From NCBI GenBank assembly GCA_053919585.1, contig CM132795.1: a stretch of DNA of 64,000 nt; one strand, given 5' to 3'. This document shows, in pieces, positions 27,334 to 40,409 of the stretch. Under the pieces are notes generated by a model. It searched no databases. It had not been told where the DNA came from and was given only the letters and a program-made list of their open reading frames with translations. This stretch comes from Euprymna scolopes (Eukaryota). The stretch's first letter is position 1, and each line of letters begins with the position of its first letter. A program made the position numbers and the translations under genes.

Positions 27334-28084
27334 ATTGGTCACTATTACATGCATAATAGCAATGTCATTGCTGTTAAAACTTCGATATTTGGGTAGTTTT
27401 AATTAATGCTACTAGTATTTGGAGTTTGATTATCAGTGTTTAAAAGTATTTGAGCCTACAGTAACTATGGCCACTACATCAGCCAGTTCTTTCCTAAAGA
27501 AAATTAGGTTGTAAATGATCCATACCAAAACGAGTAAGCATGAATTTTGTTCAATAAAAGTCTATTAGAAACATAACTCACCAATGTAGATCAGTTATTT
27601 TATGGAAGTTGAAAATATTGTGAAGCTTATAAGAATCTATCATAAAATAAAAGCATTATGAATTAAATCACATTGAAAAAATTTCTGTCGATTCCATAAA
27701 TATTATTTGGATACTTTGTACTATTGTCCTCATCTTGAATGTTATTTTCACAATGTTTGGTCGATGTAACATCCAACTTTCTTCAGGGGAAATCTTTCTA
27801 CTGAACACTGCAATTTGCATGGAATTTCAAACAGAACTTTTTTATTTAATGCACGGGTGTACATATTTTCGATCTGTTCGACAGGAGTTGGTAGAAGTCC
27901 TAAATATTTCGCATTTGTATTTTGAGGATCGGACAAATATAGGATTGAATTTAAATTTTGAATTTGCAACAGAATCTTACAAAGTACTTTATAAACTACA
28001 AAACGGGTCCTTGTAACCACTTGTAGTACGAATATTTAGCCTTAAACCTGTTTCGAGATGCACCATCTTACAACTAATTATATA

Positions 28085-29100
28085 TACCTATTACATTATT
28101 TTTTGCGGGTAACAAAACTTTATTATAGCTATGAAAAATAAGAATGATTTTTTTTTTATCCATGATAAAAAGAACGGAGAGGAAATATTTAATGAAAGGA
28201 AAAAAATAGATAATGGGGTAAAGTCGGTCGATCAGGTTTTGCCCTCACTTTTCAAAAGCCAAATCGAGGTTTTTCTTTATTACTACAGGGAAACGAATTT
28301 AAACGTTGGCAGCGAATAAAATAAAATTATCGAGGTGAAGAGAAAGGAACGACTAAAATAAATCTATCGTTATATGGGGAGAAAACTCCTTAGAGACAAA
28401 TCACGTGGAAACCTAAAAGACAATCCTTCTGCTTAGAGAGGTCTCCTTAACCGGGTGTGAATAGTCTCCAAGACCTTAAAATGAAATAACGAGTGAGCGT
28501 GACTCGGGATAGAAAACGAGTCACTGCTGAAATTCATTGCACATCGCGGTTTAAACAAATGGTCAGTTATAGCGGAACCATATGTATTGCTCAAAATGTC
28601 CGTTGATTGGTAGATTTCATTCCGGATTTTACTAGGTACGTGTTGGACGCGGCTATCTAACCTGAGGGTTGTTCTGCCCATGTAGTTGGTACTGCAACTA
28701 CATTTAAATTGATAAATAACATTTATATGACGGGGGTGGGCAGAACGTCCTTTTGAGGGGACGGCAATAATGGTTTGTCGTAAACACCACACGTACATTA
28801 GAAGCAAAATAGCAATGTTCTATAGCTGAGTTGATGTTTGGCGAATTTTGCAATTACTATCTCTAACCAAGGTAAACGAATGTAAAGTGGACATTTAGCT
28901 GCCATCTTAGACTTTATTTGGGAAAAATTATTTTCCTTTTTATGACGGAGTTAATCACATCAAGAGGGTACCCATTATTGGACAAAGTATTAGTAATCAT
29001 TTTTATTTCTTCATCCAATTTAGATTGTGAACAAATCGTGAGGGCACGATGTGTTAAGGTCCAAATCAAATTATCGTTAGGCAAAATGAATCTCGCGTTG
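28085..29100 (-). mobile_element. Penelope-like element 2, 3' fragment (thumb + GIY-YIG + terminal repeat)
   Basis: LTHRALTICS....NGYP; VIYQFKCSCSTNYMGRTT.RL..RVQHVP; LET. Confidence 0.88.
28223..28270 (-). ncRNA. Degenerate hammerhead motif (U3-A8 core, G12 mutated)
   Basis: Minus strand: cctcg-at-ttggctt-TTGAAAA-g-tgaggg-c-aAAA-cctga-TC-gaccga. Same position in the element and same architecture as the 24012 motif; probably inactive. Confidence 0.5.
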
Positions 29101-29908
29101 TATACAACCTATTTATTACTACATATCTAGTAATATTGCGACACTTCCTATTATATTTGCATTCTTTGAACTACTGTTCTCATCTTTGGTCGATTCAACC
29201 TCCTTTCCTTGGCAATCAATTCTCATGTAAAAGTGAAACATAGTATTGAAGTTCTCAGCTAAGATTTAGAACATTTTTGATATAAAAGATAAAAACGATA
29301 TTCATCTGAATAATAACTCGTAAAATTGGATGGTTTCTCTCAACTTGGTTGGATGCCATTAAATCTCTTGATCAATACTGCAATACTTCATAGGTTTTCA
29401 TTGTTGGTCTGATTTATTCATCAAATATAAAGCGATAATAATTCATCTCAATGCGGGAGTTATTGCATAAATACTTGTTACTTGATATGACAAGATTTTC
29501 ATTTAAACAAATCTGACTTTATCTCTTATTTGTCAGAAACAAAAAAACAGGACAAATTAATTTCAGAAAATCAAATGTTAAAACTTGACTTTTTCGCATA
29601 AAGTATTTTCTTACACTTCTGTTTGATTCATTTCCACAATAAAATGGAAGATATAAAATAAAATATGAAATTAAGTTTAATGTAGAAAATAATGAAAATA
29701 TTATGATTTATTAAACCTTTCAACATTTTTCGCGCCACACTTTACTCCAAATGTTACTTCATTTAAATATCTTCCTGTGAATAAGTCATTAGTATGGGCT
29801 CCTCATTTTATCCATTTTGGCATAAGTTTCTACTAATGGGTCTGGAGACTGGTATTACCGACTATTGAACTCCAAAGACACACACACACACACACACACA
29901 CACGCATA

Positions 29909-32900
29909 TAGTTCTGGTCAAAATCATAAGACCACTTAAGTAAGCGTTTATGCATATTATCTAATTTTTAATCAAACAAATGGTTGAAACCATTGCCAAA
30001 AGGGAAAATCTGATGGAAAAAAAAAAATGTACTTGTACTTGAAATGACATTCACCCTGGAGGAGTTGAGTCGGCTTCATGAAGATGCACATCTCGTATAG
30101 CTGCGGCCCAAGCCCGACGATCGGACGCATGATCCCGAGTGAACAACAGCCAGTCACGTCTCCAACGAGACAGGCTATAGATGAGCGGGCCCGAAATAAG
30201 CTCAGCGTCGGCTTTGATAGTCCCGAGCCACGTTCTTAGCTGGCCACCGACACGTTTTTTCCAGCCAGGTAGAGGACGTGGGGAGATAGCCTCGTGGATT
30301 AAGACCCCTGCATCACAGCGAGAGGCATGGCCGAACCATCGAAGGCGTCGGGCCCGCAGTAGGTCAGTAATTGCCTGAAGATTGCAGCGACGCTGGACTT
30401 CTTTGTTGGCGACGAAATCCAGGGGATGGACATGGAGAATGCGGCGGAGATTGTAGTGGTCGAAAACTTCTACGCGTCGCAGATCCGCTTTCCGTATGGG
30501 CCAGGTCTCGCATCCATACAAAAGTATTGAGCGGACGAGGGCCTGGTAGATTCGTATTTTTGTCCTCAGACGTATTTCAGGCCGTGACCATAATCGCCTT
30601 TGGAGTCGACAAAAGGCAGTTCGTGCGGCATCAATGCGCGTTTCAATCTCATTCATGCCTTGACCGGTACCAATGAACGTGCAGCCCAGGTATTTGAAGC
30701 TATCCGTCTCCTCGAGGGTTTCCCCGTTGAGAGTGACGGAGGACCTTTCTGCTTGGGGGATGCCAGCCGATAGAATCTTCGTCTTGCTGGCGTTGATTCT
30801 CATGCCGATGGCAGCTGCCTTCTCCTGGATTCGGTTCAGCACCGTCTGTATGTCTCTGTAGCTCTCCCCGAGAACCGCAATATCGTCCATGTAGTCCAAA
30901 TCAGTGAGATGAAAGTTACGCCCTACCACGACGCCAGGATATCCAGGCAGCGCCTGCTCCATGATCCAATCAATAGCGTAATTGAAAAGGGTGGGCGAGA
31001 GCGCGCATCCCTGGCGGACACCACTGCTGACGTTGAAGAAAGAGGAGTCCTGGCCATAACAGCGGACACGCGTGCGAGTCCGATGGTAGTAGGCCTTGAT
31101 CAAGTTGAGTGGCTTCGGGGGGATACCATCTGCTTCCATCACTCTCCACAGGGTACCGCGGTCGACAGTCAAAAGCGGCAGCGAAGTCGATAAAGCATAC
31201 GATTGTACGTTGTTGGTAGCACCAGCGCTGTTCCAAGGCTCGCCTCAGCGTAAATACTTGGTCGACGCATCCGCGGCCAGGTCGGAATCCGCATTGGTTA
31301 GGACGAGTCCTTCTGTCCCTTTCGTATTGAAACTGTCTCAGAATGAGGATAGTGAAGACTTTGGCAGCGACATCTATAAGGCTGATGCCTCTGTAGTTAC
31401 TACATGTCCGTTTGTCACCCTTCTTAAAAAGGGGAAGAAGAATGGCGTCACTCCAATCTTGGGGAATCTCCCCACTATTCCAAATCTCAGAAATCAGCTG
31501 GTGTAGGCGAGGGGTTAATTCATCGATTCCGGTCTTGTAGACCTCAGCCGGGATACCGTCCTCGCCTGGAGCTTTGTTATTCTTCAACTTGGCAATGACG
31601 GCTCTGATTTCTTCATGGCTGGAGGTATCCGACGAGCAATCGTAGAGATCTGCAGCAGTGGGGGTGTTTTGACCTGGTATTGTAGGTGGAGTCTGATGGT
31701 TCAGGAGTTCACGGAAGTGCTCGTGCCACCGATCCAATTGTGCGTTTAGCTCGGTAATGATTTCACCTCCACTGCTGTGGATGGATTCGCTCACGGATGA
31801 CCTCGTCTGTGTGCTGGACTTCAATAGTTGATATAACTTGCAGGAGTCCCCTACCGAGGCCGCATATTCCATGTCAGTTGCAATATTGTGCCAGTAAACA
31901 TTGCGGGCAGAGTGCGTTGTTTCTCGGCAAAGGCGACGATAGTTGGCATCTCCGTTGAGTCTGGCACGTTTAGCCTCCTCACCCAATTTCACCGTTCGAC
32001 TTGAGATCCAGTCCTTTTGACAAAGTTTTGTGAAACCCACGGTGTTGGCCGCTGCTTCAGTGACGTCCTTTTTGAGTGCTTTCCATATTTCTTCCACCGA
32101 TTCTTCTGGTTGTAAACCATTGAATCGGTTGCGTAGGTCCAGTCTAAACTGAGTCGCAGTGTCGTCTACTTTCAGCTTCGTGATATCAAGACGTTTTTGA
32201 CGGGAAACGTGTTAGTTGGCCTTCAGTCGCATTGTGAGCTTGGCTATAACAGGGACATGATCCGATCCATGGGTATTTCCTGTTTCAGCACCTCTGTAAG
32301 CGCGGCAGTCACGCATATTGCTTACCCAGCGTTTGCATATCAAAATGTAATCTATCTGGTTCGCCGTGACACCGTCATTCGAGTACCACGTCACCAGATG
32401 ATTTGGATGCTGAAACTTCGTATTGGAGACAATGAGGTGATTGTTCAGATGAGACGTTTGCCATTGGCACAGCTATTCCCGACGCCAAATGGGCCCAGCG
32501 TAGATCTTGTTTGAGCATCCGCCTTGCCAGTTCTGCCATTCCAATCACCTGCTATGACAAACATGTCGCCGGCGGCGGTTCCGTTGACGGCAGCTTGTAA
32601 TTCGTTGTTGAAGGTATCCTTTATAGCATCGGCTGAGTCTAGCGTGGGTGCATAGACTGCGATGACATACGTTGTGGATAACTCCTTTTAGCCGAATTCG
32701 GGCAAGACGAGGGGAAATGGGTTCCCAGTCCAAAAGATTTTTGGAAAAAAAATGAAATCTGCTTGATTCGAAACCTTAACCCTGGTCTAATAATTTTTTA
32801 AAAAACATTTTCACCTGATCAAAATAAGATCACTGATAATTTATCTAACAAAAGGCAATTATAAATTACTAAAAAGGGTCTCGGCATTTAGTATAGCCTC

Positions 32901-34165
32901 CATTATTACGAATTACTTCAAAAATTCTCTCGGCATATTTGCAACTAAGTTTATTAATTGCGAAGGAATTTTATCCCATCTACTGAAAACTGAATCAGAA
33001 AGTTCCTTTATCGAATCATACTGGGTTCCATCCTTGACCACTTCTTTGCCATCCATCCCCAAAGATTTTCAATTGGATTGAGGTCTGGAAAACATGCTGG
33101 ATGATCTAACAATTCTATATTATTTGAAAAGTATTCTCGTGCTTGTCGAGAAGTGTCTATAGCAGCGTTGTCTTGCTGGAAAATCCAATTTCTTCCACAC
33201 AGACGTGGACCTTCAGTCCTGATAGAAGCATTTTCAGGCATTGAAATGTACTTCAATGATGTTTGCCGGCCTTTCCCTGCTTACAACTTTAGGGTCCCAG
33301 CTGACGAAAGTACCCCAGATCATTAAAGACCCTCCTCCACTATGCCGAGTTGAAAAAGTCTTTGGGCAAATTTTTATCATGCCAATGGTGTTGAAATCCA
33401 TCTGGACCATCTCGATTAAACTTTTTCCCATTGGAGAAAATTACATTTTCCCAATTCTCTTCATCCCAAGTCTGGTATTTGGCAGCATATTTTAGTCGAT
33501 TAGTTTTGTGCTGTTCAAGAAGACGTGGTTTCTGCAGTCGCTTTGATTGAAACCCCCTTCATTTTCAGATGCCTTCTGATGGTTTTAGGACTACATTCTG
33601 CTGCTGTTTGGCTTTTCAATCGACTTGAGCTCATACTGGAGTTTTTTAACTTCTGATACAGCGATCCAGTGAGGGGGTTATATTTTTTTGGTCGACCTTG
33701 ACTCTTTTTCTGCCCAAATTGATCTGGATTTCTTAAATGTTACCGTTTTGCTACGATTCACTTCGTTTGCAATGGATCTATGGGAGAGTCCACCCCTATT
33801 AAGCTCAAAGATCCTTCCTCTCTCGAACTCTGATAATGGTTTCCCTTTTGCCATTTATAATTTAGTAAGATGTTTTTTTTTTTTTGTTTTTTTTTTAATC
33901 CACTTACAAGTTGCTTTTTGTAACATAGAAAGCTTTTCGTATTCATTTTTCAAAACTAGCCGATTTTATTAAATTGGTCTTATTATTTTGACCAGGTGAA
34001 AAATTTTGTTTTTTAAAAAATTAGATCAGGGTTAAGGTTTCGAATCAAGCAGATATTTTTCCATATTTTCCCTTTTAGCAATGGTTTCAACCATTTGTTT
34101 GATTAAAACTTTGATATTATGCGTGAACGCTTACTGAAGTGGTCTTATGATTTTGGCCAGGACTA
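29909..34165 (-). mobile_element. Tc1/Tc3-like DNA transposon with ~200-bp TIRs; left TIR split by an RTE insertion
   Basis: TIRs (29909-30028 + 32742-32833) versus 33975-34165, each with inner and outer direct repeats (g.tcaaaat..taaga.c). Transposase from MAKGKPLSEFERGRI (33854) through KKFN.DGPDG, WIFQQDNAAI and PDLNPIENLWG. TA flanks. Confidence 0.92.
30029..32735 (-). mobile_element. RTE-clade LINE, relatively young, 5'-truncated
   Basis: Long ORFs 30970-32097 and 30051-31172 with KAPGEDGIP, NYRGISL, FIDFAAAFD, GVRQGCALSP, LRWFGH; APE end NQIDYIL/GSDH; (CAAGTA)n tail; tggaaaaaaaatg duplicated at both sides. Confidence 0.95.
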
Positions 34166-34199
34166 ATATATATATATATATATATAATATATATATATA

Positions 34200-35150
34200 T
34201 ATTGATGTACAAACTTTTAGTTTTAAAAAGTATAAATGGAGTCATTAGAATTTTGGAGAAAATCGATGCAGGGAGAAAAATACACTAAAAATAGCCAAGA
34301 CTATTCGACTAAAATAATAAAGAACCTCGAGGTATTTTTCGTCCGACACTTATCAAGAGATTACGTCGGCAGCGATTAAAATAAAACAATTTACACAATT
34401 GAAAAATGGAGGGGTGAAACCAAAACAATAAATAAAACTACACGGTGAATTAAATGAATGAATAACCAGTGATATATCGTCCATATTTCAGAACCTAGGA
34501 CAAAATTTTAAAAAGTTGCCTGCAAATAAGTGCAGAAACAAATGACGCAATGTAGGCATATTTTCCCGGTAAATCACCTCTTTAAACAGGTCTAATTTAT
34601 GCAGCGGCTCCTTTTGCCTACAGAGCGATGGTTTGCGCATTAGTACAGTTACGGTTTCCAAAATATTGATGCTTGGAACGAACCTTGTATTACAATAAAA
34701 CATGTGAAGCATATTAGGATTGCTGTTTTCGCATTGTACACAAGTGCGCACCAACTGATGACTCATGAATCGGTGAGCGCCCGGATGTGCTCCGTAAATA
34801 CCCAGAAGTGTTCTGTGAACGCCTGGTTGTGTTCAATGTTTTTATTCTAGACCTTCTGGACTTTTGAAAACACGCAGGGACATGTTGTGCCAATCTGCCT
34901 CCCAGCCGTTAAAACGTACGACCCACATAGTCAGCATCATTATGACATTTAAATTGACATATAACTAAACTTTTTTGTAGTGTGGGAAGTGTATCTTTCT
35001 TAAAAGCTGGGAAGGCAGTTTTAGTGCCGAACACCGCACGAGGCTGCACCGCATAGAAACAGTGAGATACAACAGAGGTAAGAGTGGGGAGAACGGACTT
35101 GACCAAGGAAGTTTATTAATCCCATTTTTATTCAAATGTGGTCGCCCTAG
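34200..35150 (-). mobile_element. Penelope-like element 3, 3' fragment related to PLE-1
   Basis: VICQFKCHNDADYVGRTF; LETVTVLMRKPSLCRQKE; terminal region similar to 23845-24062; abuts (TA)n at 34165-34202. Confidence 0.88.
34323..34369 (-). ncRNA. Minimal hammerhead motif (U3-A8 core) in the PLE-3 terminal repeat
   Basis: Minus strand: ccgac-gt-AATCTC-TTGATAA-g-tgtcgga-c-GAAA-aatacc-TC-GAGGTT. Stem I shows compensatory changes relative to the 24012 copy; stem III is decayed. Confidence 0.72.
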
Positions 35151-35159
35151 CAGAGGAGT

Positions 35160-35760
35160 TTTCCAGAAATACGCTGTTAAGTTTGTTTATTCTATCACAA
35201 GAATATTGTAATATTGAAACATTTATCTGAATCTTTCACACTCGGCCAGGTTTGAGCGATCATTACTCCAAATTACACCCCATACCATAACCGAGAAACC
35301 TATATTCCAGCATTGGCTACAGAGCCTTCATACCCATACTGTTCAATTGCTGGAGAAATAATGTAAGTCCTGATAACATTAGTCCAAAAGGTCATAGGTC
35401 TCTCCACCATCTCACGAGCCCAATCTTTTCTGTGCTTGATATTGGCAGGATGAAGTGTCCTTACAGTTCTACTATAGTAGTTTAACTTTTAGAGGTACCC
35501 CTCAGCTATTCTGGAACCGATACCAACTTGTTGCAATGTTAGAGGCTTTGCACCGAGGAGGCTATTCATTTTTCACAAGATGCAAGGTTCTTTCAAAGGG
35601 CCTGGGGCGACCTGGATAAGGATTTGTGTATTTTGTCCTCTCTTGTGATTAAGATTTCCTGCTATTTTGTGTTATGACCACATTCAGGTTGATCCACAAT
35701 TTGTCCTTGCAGAAATTCTGATAGGTCTGATGCTCATTTGGTTCATGGCATGCTTCAATG
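35160..35760 (-). mobile_element. Tc1-like transposase remnant
   Basis: Minus translation contains PGRPR, LHPANIKHRKDWAREMV and MVWGVI. Confidence 0.65.
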
Positions 35761-35875
35761 TTAAGAGTATCTCATTAATATTGCGTTTAACATATTACAG
35801 CACTTATCTATAAATATAAATAAGCATATATTAATTTTAAGGAAAATGATATTGCTGCTTATTTTGTCATGTCTG

Positions 35876-36688
35876 TGTTTCAACTTTTTGTACAAGCATT
35901 TAAAAATTGTAGACTCTTGAAAATATAGTATTTTATTACTATTCATCTTATGATTAACATTTTTTATTTCAGGTTCAAATGAACAGCTACAGCAGGAATT
36001 AGAATACACCTAAAGCCTGATTGTCACAGCTAGTATGTCAAAAATGTAATCTGGACGTGAGGACACTTTAGAAGAACGATAGACAATAAAATTCTGTTTT
36101 AAACTTGGAAAAAAATGAAAGGAAAATGAAATGATCAGACTGCTTTTGGACCATCTTGCATGAATCGAGCATCGCTTTTTAAGTAGCATAGGAGATTCAA
36201 GGAAAGCAGGGAGTCAGTGATGAGGTGAGAGGAGTATGGAAGTCTGAACATCGGAGTTGATTGGCCTAATTTAGAATTTAATGGATAGGGAATCATGTGT
36301 CTAGACAATATCTGCAGTTTGTGTAGAAACTGTACACACTTCATGATAAACTGAATAAAGTTTCGACACTTTATTCCAAGAGTGCAGTACATAACTCTGT
36401 CAGACTTCGACCAAGATGGGAATCAAGACGGTTTCTCACCTTCCCTGGGACTTTTTTCTAAGCTCAAGGAAAACCTTAAAGGCTGTCCTTATGAGACAAT
36501 TGAGATGAAAGATGCTGTTACGAGGGTCTTTGACAGGCTCACAGAAAGACTTCCATGACGGCTTCCAGAATTTGAACAGTAGAAGTGCATTGCAGCCAGA
36601 GCAGATTACTTCGAAAGGGAGTAGTTTCATGTGTTATCAATAAGTGCCCATACAAAAAAGCCTGGAAACTTATTGAAGGCATCTCATG
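35876..36688 (+). mobile_element. Internally deleted mariner element
   Basis: Mariner N-terminal motifs (IKFCFKLGK, RFKE.RESV) and C-terminal remnants (LKENLKGC, CIAA..DYFEG); inverted ends (tttttgtacaagcattt / aagtgcccatacaaaaaa). Confidence 0.75.
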
Positions 36689-37049
36689 CTTGTTTGGTCA
36701 GAACATTAGTCTCATAGTATTCAAGATACATCGAATATCCTAACTTTTTACAAAGACCACTATGGATGTGTCTTATGCTTTCTTAAATCCAACATGTGGT
36801 CCAAGGAAATTCAGCGCAAAATAACTTCCGTAGCTTAAGAGTTGCATTCCAGTTTTAAATGAAAGTTGTGAACTTTTTATTAATAAAGGAAAATAAATTT
36901 AAAATGAATTGTAAATATTTCTAAATACTTGTAAAACATCCACATTGATGCAACATGGTGGCGATGGTGAAGACAAACATTATATACACATCTGAGACCA
37001 GAATTAAAATGTTCTCATGTGCCTGTAGAAGAGGTAGTAATGAGGTAAT

Positions 37050-39190
37050 AAGCAAATACTTTTCCGTTGTAATGCAAATCAAATATTAAACAATACGAAA
37101 AAAATTTTCCTTATCCAATTTTTAGTCGACATGCAAACGATCAAATGTTGGGCTCGAGTGTGAGTACGAACTCGTATTTGCAAACGTTTCCAACTATCCT
37201 GAGTGAAGTCATAAACCTGAATTTATTGCCGAGGTCGATTAAGAACTTCTGAAATAATTTTAATATATCCACTTAGAATGAACTTGACCGAGAGTCGGTT
37301 AACGTGCTAAAATAGTTTCGATAATGGGAAAGTATAAGTAGCAAGTTGAAACTGCACAGATGGCAGTTGAATATATTTCAGAAGTTTTGTCCTATTTGAT
37401 TGAATGTTAGTGGAAGGAGCTAAGAGGTGAAATGACGAGAGATACTTTATTTTTTCTATTTCAGATTCACTTATACTTGAGGGATATTCCGGCCCTGATA
37501 AAGGTTTAAAAAAAGTTCTAGTCATATCTATATGTGTTTGCAGAAACGCATTCTTCCATTTGATTATGTATATGGCATTACTAGTTTTTAGTTACGTCAG
37601 CTATGATTGACCATAGTTTTCGTCAGTAGGGGAATTAGTTTTTCGTCTACTTATAATTAGGGTGTATCTAGTTATAATAAAATTAATTTGTGTTTAGTTA
37701 TGGCGATTAGAGTATTTAATCTGATGGATCTAGCTTTAGTAACTCCTGCATCTTGGGACACGTGAGGCAGTTTAAGTATCTGATCATTTTAGATCAGAAG
37801 CCAGATCCACAGCGTCCCTCCAGTTTCTTTGTTGCAATCAAATCTCTTTAGTCGGTTTCCGTTTTATTTCATCAGGAGCCCATTGGAGCACTTGATTGTT
37901 GATTCCCTCTAGGGCCAATCTTAGGGTATGTCATAAACGTCGTTTGCAGTTAATGATGCTAACACTGTAGTTTGAAGCTATTAATTACGGTATAATGTCG
38001 GTAAGTGTCGCATAGGATATGCTGAGTTAGGTACGGTAGTAACTTTACAATGCTGGATCTGTAAGGGCAGTCACCTTTAAAATTAAGTAGGCTTGAATCT
38101 TTGCTTTTAGATTATTTTGTATGGGTACCTCATGAACTGTATCGGCTTTTATGTTAAGGAAAGGAATTTTATTTTGTACTAAATTTCACGCGAAATATCG
38201 ACCACTTTTAAATATCTTAAGGGTAGGTTAGCTAATCTTTTTCAAAATATCAACACACCTAACGTATAGTTTAGAAATACTATTAGAAGTTTGTATCTGG
38301 ATTGAACATGTAGAATTCAGAACTGGTTGAAAGCCGATCCAATTGAGACTGTCGATCTCTGTAAACTTCAATTAGAGCCATGGAAGGTGACCTCATGGGG
38401 CAAAAATTAGTGTACATAGTGGTAGATTATTTTGAATGCGGGTTTAGTTATAATTTAATACGTAAAGTTTAAGCCTCGTGTATTGGCACATTTGTAAATG
38501 GATTCAGGGAAGCTAATACTTATTAGTCTGTACGGAATAAAGCATATCTAGTAAGTGTTCTAAGGATTTTACATTGTAGGTAAGGGTGAGATAATGATTA
38601 ATTCGTTGAAGGTTTCTACTAGTTCGTGTATTGGTGTAGAGATTGAGATATGAAACGGTAGTAAGGTTCGTGTACACACACAATTTTAAGCTTTATGGAA
38701 TCGATATGTGCATTATTCGTTGTGAATTTACCTGTTTTAGCTGGTCAGTGGGATCTCGTATTTAGATGTCTTCATTAAAATTTTCCTAGTTTGGAGTTCT
38801 TTAATGGTTATCAGCACGATATCTTTACGCCATATCTTGGAAGAAAAAACTTTCGATAGTACACTTGCAATAAGTATAACATGAAATATATGCAGGTGCA
38901 GTTGTCTATAGCAGGACGTACCAGTACCTTTTTATAGGACATATGTCTGACTGTCCGGAGCTTTTAAGTTTGAAAGGCTTTCGTAATAGTTGCTGTGAGA
39001 AAATATTGTGTTCAAAATAGAAGATAAAGATACTGAAGTGCAGTTTGACGAGAACCTGTGAAGGTGGGTGGTCGAGCGATGTACTTGAAGTGTGGTGCCA
39101 TGAAATGTGAGAACATTGGCCTCGAAATCCGGCTTGCTTAATTCTGAGATTTTTGGAGTTCTTCAAACTTGGTATTTAAGCAGAAAGACA
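37050..39190 (-). pseudogene. Unidentified decayed coding-like tract
   Basis: Minus strand is A/C-rich with long, nearly open frames (e.g. 37307-37525; DQILKLPHVSQDAGVTKARSIRLNTLIAITKHKL; RPMFSHFMAPHFKYIARPPTFTGSRQTALQYLYLL). No family recognised. Confidence 0.3.
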
Positions 39191-39199
39191 TTTGGTTTA

Positions 39200-39782
39200 C
39201 GAAATATTTTTATGCAGCGTTTCCGAGGGGAGGGTCTGTATGGATCCACTTGCGTACAACCCTTTTTAACCACTTTTATTTGGACGTTGAAAAGTTACAG
39301 ATTTATTCTCCATACGTCATTACAAAAAGTTTTTAATTATTTATATACGTTGAAAAAAATGTACATTCTGAAACGATTGGAACATATCAGTGATGTCTTC
39401 CCACTTCATTGATGGTTTCGGTCGTTCGAAAAATACCATCTCCCTGGATTGACCCAACTAACGTTGATCGGGTTCCGACCTGTTTCCCAATCTCTTGCTA
39501 CGAATTCGTAAAAGTATGGTCCATCTTGTTTGCACGGAAAATAACGTGAGGTAAACAAATCACCCAAAGTCGTGTCGTTTAAAAGAAACCTGAATGTTAG
39601 CTGATGCTCAAGAATATACAGGATATCTAAAAGAATTGTACGCGTCTACTCGCATTAAAAATGTCGATAAAAGCTTCATGAATATAAACAAATGCAATAA
39701 AATGTTTGCAAATTTTAAAACTAAATTAACAGCGTTATCTAGCCAATAATAGAAAGACGACTACACTTTGAGACTCCCTGTA
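39200..39782 (-). mobile_element. Tc1/mariner-superfamily remnant
   Basis: Terminus tacagggagtctc on the minus strand at 39782 and a GPYFYE motif, as in the GPYFFE segment of Tc1/mariner transposases. Confidence 0.45.
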
Positions 39783-40238
39783 TTTAATCAAATGTTCTCA
39801 CAAATCAAAACTTAAAAGTTTGGAGTGATCTTTGTTCAATTAATATCCGTTATTTGCATATGTGAATTAAGTCTAGTTTCTGAAAACTAGACTCGTCAGT
39901 GATAACGTTTATAATTCATCAAAGATAGTTTTCTCGGTGGCTTTATTCAAATGGTTTCCATTGTAAAATGCTTTGATATATTAGCAGCGGTCTTTTTTTT
40001 GTTTGTTTGTTTTTTTTAAGAAAAATTAAGAATTTTCAATGTCAAGAAAAAACTACATTTTTAATTAAAAATATTAATAAAATTATATTTAATGTCAAAT
40101 TATATTTTTCCATAAAAATTAACTCTGTCTATTGAACCATGAAAGTATTGAATTGATCTAAATTTAGTGAACTTTTTTTACTTTTAAGGAAATCCGGGTT
40201 CCTCTTAATCGGTCTTTCAAACGAAAATGTTTTTCCTC

Positions 40239-40357
40239 GGTCTTGGATATCTTAGTCAGTCCAGTGCTGAGGCTCCGAATTTTGGAGATTTTAAGTGTGG
40301 AGTCGTATCTTAACCATTTCTCCCAGGTCCACTTTGGTCCGGAGTAATCGTACCTGT
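40239..40357 (+). mobile_element. Diverged fragment of the SINE-like family
   Basis: ggtcttggatat...gaggctcc...gtgtggag...ctcccaggtccact.tg..ccggagt...gtacctgt. Confidence 0.7.
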
Positions 40358-40409
40358 CTCTTATACTAAAACTTATACCTCCTTCACCTAAAGACCATCT
40401 TTCCCAGAT

